Shown: one piece after another, positions 32,633-44,817 of the stretch
Layout of the letters: every line of letters begins with the position of its first letter
Numbering within the stretch: position 1 is the first letter of the stretch
Assembly (NCBI GenBank): GCA_047947115.1
Contig: CP170459.1
Location: forward strand, 5,728,001 to 5,792,000
Source: Verrucomicrobiota bacterium
GTDB taxonomy: Bacteria > Verrucomicrobiota > Verrucomicrobiia > Limisphaerales > AAA164-E04
Length of the DNA: 64,000 nt
Reading direction: 5' to 3'
Notes under the pieces: model-generated
Database searches by the model: none
The model's input: the letters and a program-made list of their open reading frames with translations, nothing else
What the model was told of the DNA's origin: nothing
Translations under genes and position numbers: made by a program

Positions 32633-34243
32633 ATGAAAGACGAAGCATTTTATCGTTGGATCACGTTCCTGAAAAAAATCCGTTTCGGGTGGCTGGCCCC
32701 TTTTTTCCTCCTGCTAAAAGGAGAAGACGCCAAAACACAATGCAAAGCCATATTCAGCGGAGTCATGATGCCCATTTTTTCCATTCTGCTATTCCTGTGG
32801 ATATGGGATCTTGCCTCAAAAGAGATTGTCACCAAATTCGGTACCGTCCCGGGACCACGACAGGTTTGGTCCGCCTGGAAATCTCTCGGCAATGAAACAA
32901 GACTCGAACGGATCAAGGCATTGGAACACCAGCATCGTGCCAGAGAAAAAAGAATTGTCAGCGCGAAAAAATACAAAGAGGTTTTGAATGATTTTCCGGG
33001 AGAAATGCCAACAGGATTGCTCTCGCCCGGAACAGAAGACGCTCTGTCTACCTCCTCGGACGCCTTCCAGCAGGCAAACGAACTGCTCGAGGTGTACAAC
33101 AAGATTTCCATCACCCTTTCAAAGGAAGAAGCCCAATCAGTTGCCGCTTTATTCCAGTACGAAACCAGCAGACAATACGCCGAAAAGGTGATCCAACAAG
33201 CACTGCCTCTAGAAATTCGCCACAGGGAAAGAGTGGAGGCATTGAGAATGGCTCCTGAATGGAATCCTTCTCCCGATGATCCCGACAAGGTGGTCGAATC
33301 AAAGTCGGCCTTGAAAAAATCGGAATCTAAAAAACTGGCCAGAGAAAAAGCTATTCTTCTGATCGAAAGACAAAGGTACGCCACCGAAGCAACGAAAGCC
33401 GCATACGCTTTGATCACTTCGCTGCCCAAGAGTGTTCGAACACTGCTGGCACAAAGCGACAAATCCGCATCCAAACTCTACCCGGAACTCAAGGCCTGGC
33501 ATGAAAATCTGCTGGCAGAAGAAGCGGCCACAGGTGTCAAATACGCGGGAAAGGTGAAACTTAAAATGCTTCTCAAAGCATTCGAATACAAACCCTATCC
33601 GGGCAAAGACACCTATTTCGCGCAAATAGCCACGAGCCTGAAAACGGTGTTTTTCGGATTCTGCATTGCTTCATTGATTGCCATCCCCATCGGCATCATC
33701 TGTGGTTTGAGCCCCAACATGAACAATGCCATCAACCCACTGATTCAAATCTTCAAACCCGTTTCTCCTCTGGCCTGGCTGCCCATCGTGATGATCCTGG
33801 TCGGAGCACTGTATGTTTCGGATGATCCCATGTTTGAATTGTCTTTCTTGAATTCGGCGATCACCGTCGCTCTCTGTTCGCTTTGGCCGACTTTGGTCAA
33901 CACTTCCCTGGGAGTGTCCTCGACCGATAAAGATATCATGAACGTGGCCAAGGTCCTGAAATTGGGATGGTACAAGAAAGTCACCAAGGTCATCATCCCC
34001 TCCGCCATGCCCCTCATTTTCACCGGACTTCGATTATCTCTGGGAGTGGGCTGGATGGTACTGATCGCAGCTGAGATGTTGGCACAAAACCCTGGACTGG
34101 GAAAGTTTGTTTGGGACATGTTCCAAAACGGATCCAGTGAGACACTGTCCATGATCATGGTCGCCGTCTTCACGATTGGCATCATTGGATTCATGCTCGA
34201 TACCATCATGCTGAGCCTGCAGGAACTGGTCAGCTTTGATTAA
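32633..34243 (+). CDS. nrtB: Nitrate ABC transporter permease with large soluble insertion
   Basis: [39 protein letters not shown]. Confidence 0.9.
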   Translation: MKDEAFYRWITFLKKIRFGWLAPFFLLLKGEDAKTQCKAIFSGVMMPIFSILLFLWIWDLASKEIVTKFGTVPGPRQVWSAWKSLGNETRLERIKALEHQHRAREKRIVSAKKYKEVLNDFPGEMPTGLLSPGTEDALSTSSDAFQQANELLEVYNKISITLSKEEAQSVAALFQYETSRQYAEKVIQQALPLEIRHRERVEALRMAPEWNPSPDDPDKVVESKSALKKSESKKLAREKAILLIERQRYATEATKAAYALITSLPKSVRTLLAQSDKSASKLYPELKAWHENLLAEEAATGVKYAGKVKLKMLLKAFEYKPYPGKDTYFAQIATSLKTVFFGFCIASLIAIPIGIICGLSPNMNNAINPLIQIFKPVSPLAWLPIVMILVGALYVSDDPMFELSFLNSAITVALCSLWPTLVNTSLGVSSTDKDIMNVAKVLKLGWYKKVTKVIIPSAMPLIFTGLRLSLGVGWMVLIAAEMLAQNPGLGKFVWDMFQNGSSETLSMIMVAVFTIGIIGFMLDTIMLSLQELVSFD

Positions 34244-34262
34244 TCCACATGGGGCCAAAAAC

Positions 34263-35186
34263 ATGAAACCTCTCATTTCACTTGAAGGCGTGTCGAAAAG
34301 TTTCGGCTCTGGTCAACAAAAAACAAATGTCCTGAGCAACATTCAGCTCGAGATCAAGGAAGGTGAATTTGTCGCCATTGTCGGATATTCCGGCTCGGGT
34401 AAAACCACGTTGATCTCCATTTTGGCCGGGCTGATCCATCCCGACAAAGGAGTGGCAATGTATCGCGAGCACCCCATCAGGGAACCCGATCCCGGACGCG
34501 CCTTGGTTTTCCAAAACTATTCACTGCTGCCTTGGCTGAGTGTATGGGACAACCTCGCCCTGGCGGTGAATCAGGTCTTCCCCCATTGGTCCACATCAAA
34601 ACGCGAAGAACACATGAACCATTACCTCGACATGGTTCGATTGACACCGGCCAAACGCAAAAGACCGTCGGAACTTTCAGGTGGCATGCGACAAAGGGTG
34701 GCACTGGCACGCGCCCTGGCCATAGATCCGGAAGTATTGTTGTTGGACGAACCACTGGGAGCCCTGGATGCTTTGACCCGTGGAAATCTTCAAGAGGAAA
34801 TTGCAAGGATCTGGTCTGAAAACAAAAAGACGGTGGTTCTGATCACCAACGATGTGGATGAAGGCATTCTACTGGCAGATCGGGTCATCCCTCTGACTCG
34901 AGGACCGGAAGCCACACTGGGGCAACCCATCCATATCAATCTCCCCAGACCTCGCAACCGCAAGGAACTCAATCATGACGCATCTTTTAAAGATTTCCGC
35001 AAACGAATCATCGAGTCCCTGATGCACGAAGGACGTCAACCATCTACCACCACGGTGCGAAGGACGTTCGTTCTTCCCAACATTCTACCGGAAGACCTGA
35101 ACGCACCGGGCACGTTCCGGTTCGGCAGAAGATCACCGGTGCGTCATGAGGAATTCAAACAGGAACCCCTGGAAATAGAAATATGA
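34263..35186 (+). CDS. nrtC: Nitrate ABC transporter ATP-binding subunit 1
   Basis: [30 protein letters not shown]-loop reads TND. Confidence 0.88.
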   Translation: MKPLISLEGVSKSFGSGQQKTNVLSNIQLEIKEGEFVAIVGYSGSGKTTLISILAGLIHPDKGVAMYREHPIREPDPGRALVFQNYSLLPWLSVWDNLALAVNQVFPHWSTSKREEHMNHYLDMVRLTPAKRKRPSELSGGMRQRVALARALAIDPEVLLLDEPLGALDALTRGNLQEEIARIWSENKKTVVLITNDVDEGILLADRVIPLTRGPEATLGQPIHINLPRPRNRKELNHDASFKDFRKRIIESLMHEGRQPSTTTVRRTFVLPNILPEDLNAPGTFRFGRRSPVRHEEFKQEPLEIEI

Positions 35187-36115
35187 ATCCTTTCTGTATC
35201 TTATCACAACTCACCAAAAGCTATCCTACCCCAAAAGGGGATGCGGTCATCGTCAAGGATTTCAATCTCAAAATCAAAAAGGGGGAATTTGTTACCTTGA
35301 TTGGTCATTCAGGTTGCGGGAAATCCACCGTCCTGTCGATGCTGGCGGGACTCAATCCCATCACATCCGGTGGCATCATCCTCGCCGGCAAGGAACTGAG
35401 CGGTCCCGGCCCGGATCGCGGTGTGGTGTTTCAATCCCCCAGCTTGCTACCCTGGCTGAGCGCACTGGACAATGTCCTTTTGGGTGTCAATCAAGCTTTC
35501 TATACCGCCAGCCGGCTCGAACGCAAACAAATCGCCGAATACTACCTCGCCATCGTCGGCCTGGCGAATGCCATGCATAAAAAACCCGCAGAACTCTCAC
35601 AAGGCATGTGCCAGCGCGTCGGTATCGCCCGCGCATTTGCATTGTCTCCACGCATGTTGCTGCTGGATGAACCTTTTGGCATGCTCGACGCTTTAACACG
35701 CTTTGAATTGCAGGAAATACTACTGCGACTCTGGTCCAAAAACCAGATCACCGCCCTCATGGTCACACATGATGTGGATGAGGCGCTGTTTCTCTCTGAT
35801 CGAATCGTCATGATGACAAACGGACCGGAAGCCGAGGTCGGGGACATCCTTCCTGTCCATTTTGAACGACCGAGGGACCGCGCTGGCATTCTTGCCCATC
35901 CCGATTACTATGATATGAGAGAGTACCTCATCACCTACTTGAGTGATCGTTCCCACATCAAGGGACAATACAAAGCCTCTGTGGAAAACCAGGGATTTGA
36001 TTTCGCAGCTTTAAAGGATCAAGACGAAAAGTGCACCCCACTCGTCATGGAAGGAAAACACATCGCGGAAAGACGCAACCGTCCCGTGCTGGAGGATACA
36101 ACCAAACTGAACTGA
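35183..36115 (+). CDS. nrtD: Nitrate ABC transporter ATP-binding subunit 2
   Basis: [30 protein letters not shown]. Confidence 0.88.
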   Translation: MNPFCILSQLTKSYPTPKGDAVIVKDFNLKIKKGEFVTLIGHSGCGKSTVLSMLAGLNPITSGGIILAGKELSGPGPDRGVVFQSPSLLPWLSALDNVLLGVNQAFYTASRLERKQIAEYYLAIVGLANAMHKKPAELSQGMCQRVGIARAFALSPRMLLLDEPFGMLDALTRFELQEILLRLWSKNQITALMVTHDVDEALFLSDRIVMMTNGPEAEVGDILPVHFERPRDRAGILAHPDYYDMREYLITYLSDRSHIKGQYKASVENQGFDFAALKDQDEKCTPLVMEGKHIAERRNRPVLEDTTKLN

Positions 36116-36152
36116 TCAACTCTCCGCCCCTCCCGATAGATACGTCACCTAC

Positions 36153-37742
36153 ATGGAGCAGCCCCACACATTGATTGATCTGAACAGGGCCAACGATGCA
36201 TCAGCTGTCGAGATTTTCGCCCGCCAGCAAGATGCCGCCTCCCAATGGTCAAGGGACAAGACGACTGGCACCTACCGCTCATTGATTCCAACCCAGTTAC
36301 CGGCTCCCGGGGAGCAATATGCTTTTGAGGTTAATCTGGATAAGTGCTCGGCCTGCAAATCCTGTGTCAGCGCATGCCACCACATGAATGGATTAAGTGA
36401 TGAGGAATCATGGAGAAGAGTCCATCAATGGTTCGGAGAAAATCAGGGTGAGCAATGGGTACAGACCGTCACCAGTGCATGCCATCACTGTGTGAATCCT
36501 GAATGCATGCATGGATGCCCCGTCGGCGCCTATGAAAAACACCCCATCACCGGCATCGTAAAGCACCTCGACGACCAATGCATAGGGTGCGAGTATTGCA
36601 TCTGGAAGTGCCCTTACGAAGTGCCGCGCTACCACGAGTCCTACGGCATCGTGCGCAAGTGCGACATGTGTTCGGAAAGATTGAGCAACCAGTTGGAGCC
36701 GGCCTGCGTGCAAGCCTGCCCTCATGACGCCATACAAATTAAAATCGCAGATCAGGAAAAACTGACACACAACGCCAAACCGAGGATGTCAGGTAAAAGA
36801 CTTTACCCCGGGGCACCCGATTCTTCCATCACTACCCCGTCTTCCACCTATTATTCCAAAAGGTCACTTCGAAAAACCCGATGGAGCAAAGCCGATTCCC
36901 ATCCTCCACAAAATAAACCCCACTGGCCATTGGTATGGATGTTGATTCTGACCCAATGGGGTGTGGGAATACTTACCTCGCATTTCATCCGGACTGCCGC
37001 ATCAGAAAGCATTCAAACCCCTCTTTATGGAACAGCTTTTTGGATGGGTACTTTGCTCATTTTTACTGGACTGCTGTGCAGCTTTTTCCACCTGGGACAA
37101 CCAACCAAGTCCTGGCGCTTTTTCCTTGGCCTGAAAACTTCCTGGTTAAGCAGGGAAATTTTGATGTTCAACACGTTGGCAGCCTGTCTGTGCATCGCAT
37201 CTCTGGATGCATTGGTGAACATCATTCCGGTTCATTTCAAAACATCAATCGCGATCACTATTGTCCTGTGCGGGTGGTTGAGTGTGTTCACTTCGGCAAT
37301 GATTTACCACGACACTCAGCGCCCGGAATGGTCGATCCATCGAACCGGATCACAATTCATGGAGTCCCTATTATCGGGAGTACTTGCCTGCAGCTTTATC
37401 GCCTCCTTCATCAACAACAATACCAACTCCAAACTGCCGCTCTATACCACGTTTGTGATCACGCTATTCATGTTACTCACCAAATCCATCAAGATAACCT
37501 CCACGAGAAATGCTGCCAATCATCAAGGATCTCATCGTTTGAAGGGAGTTTTGATCGGTTCGGCAATGCTCCTGTTTGTCTTTGCCGTGGGAACCATCCA
37601 TCAGATGCCTTGGTTAACAGGGACTGCCGCAGGGCTCTCAACAGGATGTTTGTTCCTGCTGGATCTGGTTGGCAGACGAGATTTTTTTCTTCAAACCAAA
37701 TCACCCATGACGAAACCCCTTGAAGAAGGAAACAACTCATGA
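36153..37742 (+). CDS. Fused 4x[4Fe-4S] DmsB-like domain + DmsC-like membrane anchor
   Basis: [37 protein letters not shown]...PACVQACP; then HWPLV...TQ, HLG.P, SWLSREI and about eight TM helices. Confidence 0.88.
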   Translation: MEQPHTLIDLNRANDASAVEIFARQQDAASQWSRDKTTGTYRSLIPTQLPAPGEQYAFEVNLDKCSACKSCVSACHHMNGLSDEESWRRVHQWFGENQGEQWVQTVTSACHHCVNPECMHGCPVGAYEKHPITGIVKHLDDQCIGCEYCIWKCPYEVPRYHESYGIVRKCDMCSERLSNQLEPACVQACPHDAIQIKIADQEKLTHNAKPRMSGKRLYPGAPDSSITTPSSTYYSKRSLRKTRWSKADSHPPQNKPHWPLVWMLILTQWGVGILTSHFIRTAASESIQTPLYGTAFWMGTLLIFTGLLCSFFHLGQPTKSWRFFLGLKTSWLSREILMFNTLAACLCIASLDALVNIIPVHFKTSIAITIVLCGWLSVFTSAMIYHDTQRPEWSIHRTGSQFMESLLSGVLACSFIASFINNNTNSKLPLYTTFVITLFMLLTKSIKITSTRNAANHQGSHRLKGVLIGSAMLLFVFAVGTIHQMPWLTGTAAGLSTGCLFLLDLVGRRDFFLQTKSPMTKPLEEGNNS

Positions 37743-39949
37743 AACTTCCCCCATTTCTGGAGCGTGTCTTTAAAAGCAAATCGGGGCGATTAACGGATAA
37801 ATTGCGGCTGAAACAGAATCGGCAACTTGGTTTGATCCCCGCCCGATACGATTCGAACAACATCCAGAAGTCCATCTGCGGTTACTGTTCCACCGGCTGC
37901 CAACTCGACATCCACACGAAATCAAGCAGACCGGTTTTACTCACTCCGGACACAAACCATCCAGTCAACCTTGGAATGGCGTGCCCCAAGGGCTGGGAAG
38001 CTTTGGAACCTTTGAATGCACCCGATCGAGGTCGCGTGCCTCTCATACGTGATGTCGATCACACCTTTAGGCAAGCAGAATGGCCGGAGGCATTGGATTA
38101 CTTTTGTCAACGTTTCAAAGAAATACAAAATCAACATGGCAACGAATCAGTTGCATTTCTGGGTACAGGACAAATAACGAATGAAGAGCTGGCTTTAATG
38201 GGAGCACTTGCCAAGTTTGGCATGGGATGGGTGCATGGCGACGGGAACACCCGCCAATGCATGGCTTCTGCAGTAACGGCTTATAAGGAATCCTTTGGAT
38301 TTGATGCCCCTCCCTATACCTACGCGGACCTGGAGCTATCGGACACTCTTATTTTCATCGGAGCAAACCCCTGTATCGCCCATCCCATTTTATGGCATCG
38401 AGTCATGCGTAATCCGCATCGTCCAAAAATAATCGTGATTGATCCACGCGCCACGGAGACAACGGCAGCTGCAACCACACACCTGGCCATACGCCCGAAA
38501 TCTGATCTGACTTTGTTGTATGCCATAGCCAGTATCCTGATTCAGAATGACTGGATCGACCACTCCTACATTGACCAGCACACCGAGTTATTCGATGCAT
38601 TTGCGAGGTTTGTGAAGAGCTATTCCATTGATCGAGCAGTTGATGCAACCGGGTTGCCGGCATCCTCTGTCATGGAACTTGCAAGCAAAATTCACGAAGG
38701 AAAGGCGGTTTCATTCTGGTGGACCATGGGAGTCAACCAAAGTTACCAGGGAACGCGCACCGCCCAGGCGATCATCAATCTTGCCTTGATGACCGGCAAT
38801 ATCGGCCGACCAGGAACGGGGGCCAATTCCATCACGGGTCAATGCAATGCCATGGGCTCACGATTATTCAGCAATACAACCTCGCTGTTTTGCGGGCGGG
38901 ATTTTGAGAACCCCGCTGATCGTGAGGACATCGGAAACCGGCTCAATATCCCCGTAGATCGCATCCCCAATAAGAAAAGTCTCCCCTACCACGAGATCAT
39001 GAAAGGGATTGAAAAGGGGGCCATCAAAGGACTGTGGATCGTCGCCACCAATCCCGGGCATTCCTGGATTGATCAATCCAGCTGGTTCAAAAGTATTCGA
39101 TCCAAGCTGGAATTCCTTGTGGTGCAGGATATGTATGAATCCACAGAAACGGCACAAGAAGCAGACCTCTTTCTACCGGCGGCGGGATGGGGTGAGAAAT
39201 CAGGCACCTTCATCAATTCAGAGCGCAGGTTTGGTGTGATTGAAAAAGTGCAAGATCCGGTCGGCGAAGCACGCAGTGACTTCGACATATTTAAAGACAT
39301 CGCCGATCACTGGGGTTGTGGTGAACTGTTTGAACATTGGAAAACGCCCGAGGACGTGTTCCAAATCCTGAAAACGCTTTCCATGCATACTCCCTGCGAT
39401 TTTTCAGGCATCAAGGATTACTCGATGCTGCAGAAGAACGGAGGCATCCAGTGGCCCCACATCCAAAACCAGCAAAATGGTGATCTGCCGGAAAAGGAGC
39501 GCAGGTTATTTGAAGATGGCCGTTTCCATCACCCTAACGGAAGGGCCCACTTTGTCTTTGAAGAAACCACCCCCAATCCTGAATCAGTTTGCCCGAATTT
39601 TCCGGTGTGGCTTCTGACAGGAAGGGGCACATCGGCACAATGGCATACGCAAACACGCACTGCAAAATCCAAGATGCTCAGACAAATGGCCCCAGGGAGT
39701 GTTTATGTAGACTTACATCCGGCGGATGCGCGCGAACTCGGAATAAAAACGAATGACTTGGTTGTGATCCGTTCAAGACGCGGATCGTTGGAAGCCCATG
39801 CCCGGGTTCAAGCAAGTGTCCAGCAAGGTCAAATCTTTATCTCAATGCATTACCCTGAGGTCAACCAACTGACTCATCCTTCGTTTGACCCCTATTCTCA
39901 TCAACCTTCCTACAAGGCATGCGCTGTAAGCCTGTCAAAAAGAACATGA
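37739..39949 (+). CDS. nasA: Molybdopterin nitrate reductase catalytic subunit (assimilatory NasA/NarB type)
   Basis: CGYCSTGC...CPKG, RQCMASA Mo-ligand Cys, [22 protein letters not shown]...QWHT.TRT; no Tat motif. Confidence 0.9.
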   Translation: MKLPPFLERVFKSKSGRLTDKLRLKQNRQLGLIPARYDSNNIQKSICGYCSTGCQLDIHTKSSRPVLLTPDTNHPVNLGMACPKGWEALEPLNAPDRGRVPLIRDVDHTFRQAEWPEALDYFCQRFKEIQNQHGNESVAFLGTGQITNEELALMGALAKFGMGWVHGDGNTRQCMASAVTAYKESFGFDAPPYTYADLELSDTLIFIGANPCIAHPILWHRVMRNPHRPKIIVIDPRATETTAAATTHLAIRPKSDLTLLYAIASILIQNDWIDHSYIDQHTELFDAFARFVKSYSIDRAVDATGLPASSVMELASKIHEGKAVSFWWTMGVNQSYQGTRTAQAIINLALMTGNIGRPGTGANSITGQCNAMGSRLFSNTTSLFCGRDFENPADREDIGNRLNIPVDRIPNKKSLPYHEIMKGIEKGAIKGLWIVATNPGHSWIDQSSWFKSIRSKLEFLVVQDMYESTETAQEADLFLPAAGWGEKSGTFINSERRFGVIEKVQDPVGEARSDFDIFKDIADHWGCGELFEHWKTPEDVFQILKTLSMHTPCDFSGIKDYSMLQKNGGIQWPHIQNQQNGDLPEKERRLFEDGRFHHPNGRAHFVFEETTPNPESVCPNFPVWLLTGRGTSAQWHTQTRTAKSKMLRQMAPGSVYVDLHPADARELGIKTNDLVVIRSRRGSLEAHARVQASVQQGQIFISMHYPEVNQLTHPSFDPYSHQPSYKACAVSLSKRT

Positions 39950-41748
39950 CAACACCCCCCCTTAAATCTCAATCCACCGGAAGCATTCCCTATATTCCAG
40001 CCCAAGCCCCCTTTTCACCCGAACAAAGGGCATGGCTGAACGGATACCTCGCGGGAATGTTTTCCAGAGCCATTCAAGACGGTCCTCAAGTTCAGCAGCC
40101 TGCATCAGAGCCGACACCCGGTGCAACCATCCATATCCTTTATGGAAGCCAAAGCGGAACGGCGGAAGGAATCGCAAAAGACCTTGCAAAACAGGCGAAG
40201 GTAAAAGGTTTTGAATCCGTTTTACTTGAACTCAATGACCATCAAAAAATGGATCGTGCTCAGGAACAAACGGCCTTGATCGTTACCAGCACATGGGGAG
40301 ATGGCGAACCACCGGACAATGCGGTCAAGTTCTGGAAAGACATCCAATCATCGGATGGAAGTGATTGGAAAAATGTATCTTATTCAGTGCTCGCTCTGGG
40401 TGACAGCAATTACGCCGAGTTCTGTGGGGCGGGGAAATGTTTTGACGAGCGTTTGCATGAATTGGGGGCCAAACGTCTACATGAACGCGTAGACTGCGAC
40501 GTGGATGAGGAAACGGCCGCACAAGAATGGACGCGGCGCATTTGGGAAATTCTTGAAGCCATACCCAGCGCAGCCCATTCGAACCCGGATGACCAAACAG
40601 CTGCCTCAGCAACAGTGCGAACAGCAAGCTCAACCAGCAAGCAACCAAAGGACAAAACCAAATATCATCGGAAACATCCGTTTCAAGCACGACTCATCCT
40701 TCAAAAAAAATTGAACCTTCCCGGTTCCGCCAAAGACACCCGGCATGTGGAAATCAGCTTGGACGGATCGGGTCTACAGTATCAGGCGGGAGACGCTCTC
40801 GGCATCTATCCGTCCAACGACCCTGATTTGGTGGAAGCACTTTTAGAACATTGCCAATTGAGCCATGGAGCAGAGGTTCAATCCAAGGACGGAAAACGAA
40901 AACCGATAAAGGAGGCCCTTACCTCGGATTGCCAAATCACAAAAATCAGCCAACGGTTAGTGACAGAACTTGAAAGTTTAAAAGGATTCCCCCCCTTGAG
41001 TGCCGCCTTCAAGTTGCGCGAAGGGATGGATTTATTGGATGTGATTCCTCTGGGAGCTGAATTGGATAAACAGGCTTTCGTGGATCTGCTGCCCAGGTTG
41101 CAACCTAGACTTTACTCGATTGCCAGCAGTCCACTGGTTCATCCCGATGCTGTTCACCTAACAGTCGGAGTTGTCCGATATGAAATGAATGAACGCATGC
41201 GTCATGGTATTTGTTCCACGTTTCTTGCGGATCGTTTATCTCCTTCCGACAAGATGCCGGTCTTTATTCATCCTTCTGCCTTCAAACTTCCAGAACAAAC
41301 AGATCAATCCATCATCATGGTTGGCCCCGGAACCGGAATCGCACCATTCAGAGGATTCCTTCAGGAGCGAAAGATCAACGGTGGATCAGGAAAGAACTGG
41401 CTGTTCTTTGGCGATCAAAAAGCATCCACCGATTTTCTCTATCAGGAGGAATTGAAAGCATTTCAATCCGAAGGCGTGCTCCATCGATTCCATACAGCTT
41501 TCTCGAGAGATCAGGTCCAGAAAGTCTATGTCCAGGACCGTATGAAAGAGCAGGCTTCCGAACTGTGGAAATGGATAGAAGGAGGCGCGGCATTTTATGT
41601 GTGTGGAGATGCCAGACGGATGGCAAAAGACGTTGATCAGACACTCTTCGAGATCATCATGAAGGAGGGAGGGATGTCAAGGGACCAAGCCTCCGCCTAC
41701 GTGGAACAAATGAAAAAGGAGAAACGGTATCAGCGCGATGTATATTGA
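39946..41748 (+). CDS. CysJ-like NADPH diflavin reductase (FMN/FAD)
   Basis: [54 protein letters not shown] overlaps the nasA stop (ATGA). Confidence 0.9.
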   Translation: MTTPPLKSQSTGSIPYIPAQAPFSPEQRAWLNGYLAGMFSRAIQDGPQVQQPASEPTPGATIHILYGSQSGTAEGIAKDLAKQAKVKGFESVLLELNDHQKMDRAQEQTALIVTSTWGDGEPPDNAVKFWKDIQSSDGSDWKNVSYSVLALGDSNYAEFCGAGKCFDERLHELGAKRLHERVDCDVDEETAAQEWTRRIWEILEAIPSAAHSNPDDQTAASATVRTASSTSKQPKDKTKYHRKHPFQARLILQKKLNLPGSAKDTRHVEISLDGSGLQYQAGDALGIYPSNDPDLVEALLEHCQLSHGAEVQSKDGKRKPIKEALTSDCQITKISQRLVTELESLKGFPPLSAAFKLREGMDLLDVIPLGAELDKQAFVDLLPRLQPRLYSIASSPLVHPDAVHLTVGVVRYEMNERMRHGICSTFLADRLSPSDKMPVFIHPSAFKLPEQTDQSIIMVGPGTGIAPFRGFLQERKINGGSGKNWLFFGDQKASTDFLYQEELKAFQSEGVLHRFHTAFSRDQVQKVYVQDRMKEQASELWKWIEGGAAFYVCGDARRMAKDVDQTLFEIIMKEGGMSRDQASAYVEQMKKEKRYQRDVY

Positions 41749-41785
41749 TCCACCACTCCATGCACTCGTTCAAAACAACCACCCT

Positions 41786-43555
41786 ATGAAACCTATCTTC
41801 GAAAAAATTGCAGGAACTGACATCAACGCAGAACAAACTTCCTATCTCGACGGTTTTTTTAACGGACTGGCACAACAGGGCGTCCGCTTTACCGACATGG
41901 AACCGGACCCGACCGTGTCACATGCTGCTTCACAGGATACCGACTCATTCTGCAAAGAAGAAAAGCTGAAACACAAAACCGACCTCAACAAAACCTACCA
42001 ACTGGTCGATAAGGTTTCATCATCCGTAACCGATCCGGATCCTGAAGAAACTTTCCTCTTGAAATGGCATGGTCTTTTTCACCTCGCCCCCAAACAGGAC
42101 GGATTCATGTGTCGTTTAAGGATACCCGGAGGATATGTTCGAGATTATCAACTGCGTGAACTGGCTCACATTTCGCGGGACAGAACTACCGGGTACATCC
42201 AACTGACCACAAGAGCCAATTTCCAGCTGCGTGTTATCCCGTTAAAACATGCTTCAGAAGTCCTGCAGCGGATACAATCCGTCGGTTTGCATTCCAAAGG
42301 TGCCGGAGCTGATAATGTGCGAAACATCACAGCATCTCCATGCGCCGGTCTTGATCCGCTGGAATTGATCGATGTCAAACCCATCTGCCAGCAACTGGCC
42401 CAACTTATCATCAATACGGACGAATTTTACAATCTTCCCAGAAAATTCAACATTGCATTGGATGGAGGGGGCGCTGTCGGCCTTGTCGAAGACACCAATG
42501 ATATCGGAGCCAAAGCAGTCCGCATCGAGGATTCCATCGCAGGCGTTCCACCGGGAGTTTACTTCCTGATCGCCCTTGGAGGCGTGACGGGTCACAAGAC
42601 CTTTGCCAATGACGCGGGAATTCTCATTTCAAAAGACGAACTTGTGGAAGTCATCCTCAACATGGTCCGTGTGTTTATTGAAAACGGAAACCGATCTTCC
42701 AGAAAGAAAGCACGTCTCAAATACCTCCTGGAGGACTGGGGATTTGAAAGATTCCTCGCCGAAGTAGACACCAAACAATCTAAACCGTTGACGCGCCTGA
42801 CTAGGGAGAACATGGAACAAATCAAATCCTGGAATCCACCCCGCGAATCAACATCCACGCACCCACAATTGGGTATCCATCCACAAAAACAAAAGGATCT
42901 CAACTATGTGGGAGTCGGGATTCCGACGGGAGTCCTAACCCCGGATCAGTTGGAAAGCCTGGCCACACTATGCGGGAAGTATGGAAACGGTGAAGCCAGG
43001 CTAACCGTCTGGCAAAATCTCATCATTCCCAATGTGGCATCCGATCAACTCGAACCCCTGAAAAAGGAAATTCTGGATTTGGGACTCTATGTCGATGCTT
43101 CCCCCATTCGAAGCGGTGTCATCGCCTGTACCGGAAACGCATACTGCAAATTTGCAGGAGCAAACACCAAGGCGCACGCCAAACTGCTGATGGATCACCT
43201 CGAAAGATCGTGTGGATTGGATCAGCCCATCAATATTCACATCACAGGATGCCCCCACTCCTGCGCACAGCATTACATTGGAGACATAGGTTTGCTGGCC
43301 ACACAGGTGAAGAGCGGTGACAAGGTGGAAGAAGGTTATCATGTTTTTGTTGGAGGTGGATTTGGTGAACACCGGGAGATTGGTCGGCAAATTGCCAAAG
43401 CAGTCAATATGGAATCACTTCCAGGCATGCTTGAGGCACTCTTCAACGAATACCTTGCTTCCCGGTGGCCAAACGAAAGCTTCCAGGAATTCACTTTGAG
43501 ACATCCGGTTGAGGCACTTCAGTCCTTCTTGGGCGATCCCAAGATTCATCCGTGA
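41786..43555 (+). CDS. nirA: Siroheme nitrite reductase (NirA family)
   Basis: LTTRANFQLR, ADNVRN, LPRKFN, CTGNAYC and GCPHSC ligands. Confidence 0.9.
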   Translation: MKPIFEKIAGTDINAEQTSYLDGFFNGLAQQGVRFTDMEPDPTVSHAASQDTDSFCKEEKLKHKTDLNKTYQLVDKVSSSVTDPDPEETFLLKWHGLFHLAPKQDGFMCRLRIPGGYVRDYQLRELAHISRDRTTGYIQLTTRANFQLRVIPLKHASEVLQRIQSVGLHSKGAGADNVRNITASPCAGLDPLELIDVKPICQQLAQLIINTDEFYNLPRKFNIALDGGGAVGLVEDTNDIGAKAVRIEDSIAGVPPGVYFLIALGGVTGHKTFANDAGILISKDELVEVILNMVRVFIENGNRSSRKKARLKYLLEDWGFERFLAEVDTKQSKPLTRLTRENMEQIKSWNPPRESTSTHPQLGIHPQKQKDLNYVGVGIPTGVLTPDQLESLATLCGKYGNGEARLTVWQNLIIPNVASDQLEPLKKEILDLGLYVDASPIRSGVIACTGNAYCKFAGANTKAHAKLLMDHLERSCGLDQPINIHITGCPHSCAQHYIGDIGLLATQVKSGDKVEEGYHVFVGGGFGEHREIGRQIAKAVNMESLPGMLEALFNEYLASRWPNESFQEFTLRHPVEALQSFLGDPKIHP

Positions 43556-43604
43556 TTCAATCATTGTTCCGTTACTCCAACAGCCGATCTCCAGCAATTC
43601 GCTC

Positions 43605-43639
43605 ACCGGATCCTGATCTACCAGGCTCCGGTTTTTTTT
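43605..43639 (+). terminator. Intrinsic terminator of the nitrate operon
   Basis: ACCGGATCCTG-loop-CAGGCTCCGGT (one mismatch) followed by a T-run. Confidence 0.75.
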
Positions 43640-43749
43640 ATTTTAAAACTAATTAATTAGTTAACACTCCACCGGACTGCTGGCACGTTAACTCCATCAA
43701 TTAATTCTTTAGTACTTAGACAACTCAACGTAGAAGCTATCCGTCCATC

Positions 43750-44147
43750 ATGGCCAGACCCAAGTCCAACACCCTTACTGATTCCGAACACCGCATTATG
43801 GAGGTCCTGTGGGACCAGGGTGAGTCGACGGTTGCGGATGTGGCGGACACCCTGGAGGGGAAACCCGGTTCCGCCTACAACACGGTCCTGACCATGATGC
43901 GCATTCTCCATGAAAAAGGATATTTGAAATGCCGCAAAGAGGGACGTGCTCATTTTTACAAACCTATCGTCAATCGCCATACCGCCGCAAGACATGCCGT
44001 TAAGCAATTGCTTGGAAAATTTTCAACGACTCTCCGAGTCAATTGGTGTTGAGTTTTCTGAAAGATGAAGATCTGAGCAAAGAAGATTTGAATGAATTGA
44101 CCAAGCGCATCAAAGCCTCGCCGGATCAACCCAGGAAAAAGTCATGA
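43750..44147 (+). pseudogene. BlaI/MecI/CopY family repressor with 1-nt frameshift
   Basis: LTDSEHRIMEVLW...AYNTVLTMMRIL.EKG; adding one T to the T-run at 44020-44023 restores FFNDSPSQLVLSFLKDEDLSKEDL, ending at a TGA that overlaps the next ATG. Confidence 0.85.
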
Positions 44148-44817
44148 ATATCCTGTGGAGTCAGTATGCCGACACGATTCTTTCCGCCTTGATAAACGGA
44201 GTTATGCAAGGGCTGGTACTTTGTGGGATGATCTGGACCGTGCTTAGGATTTCCCGAAAATTGAACGCATCAACCCGTTACCTGATCTGGCTCAGCACAT
44301 TGGTTGCAGTTTGCCTGTTGCCATGCACCCATTTCCTATTGGCGAGGACCGGCGTGGGCCAGAACGTTCAGAAGGACACTTCCGAACGTTCCACGCCGGT
44401 CCATTCGTCGACATCCTCCAAACCACCACAATCTGCTGAGACCATTTTCCACACGCCCCGTTCAGACCTGCCCGGCATCCCTGAACCACTGGAGCCGGAA
44501 CATTACTCCGTGATCACTTCAAGAGGAGAACAACCGATCACAGCCTCTTTTGAGTCAGAAAACCCCATGGACGCTTTGTTCCTGGCCGATGTCGTTTCCG
44601 AGGGTTCAAACGAGGCATTGAACGAAACAAGTCCAATTTCCAAACAAGCACCATCTGCGCAAACAAACCAAACGGAAATCCAACAATGGTTTCCTGTCCA
44701 ATCCATCACCTTTCAAACGCTTTGGCCACCTTTCCTCAGCTTGGGAATACTGGTTACCCTCTTGCTGATCACCCTTTTCAAAGGGTCACGGCTGGTACGG
44801 GACCTTTTCTTGCTTAA

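Noticed and set aside
44014..44026. Programmed -1 ribosomal frameshift in the BlaI-like gene
   Set aside because: GGA AAA TTT TCA does not fit an in-frame X XXY YYZ heptamer.
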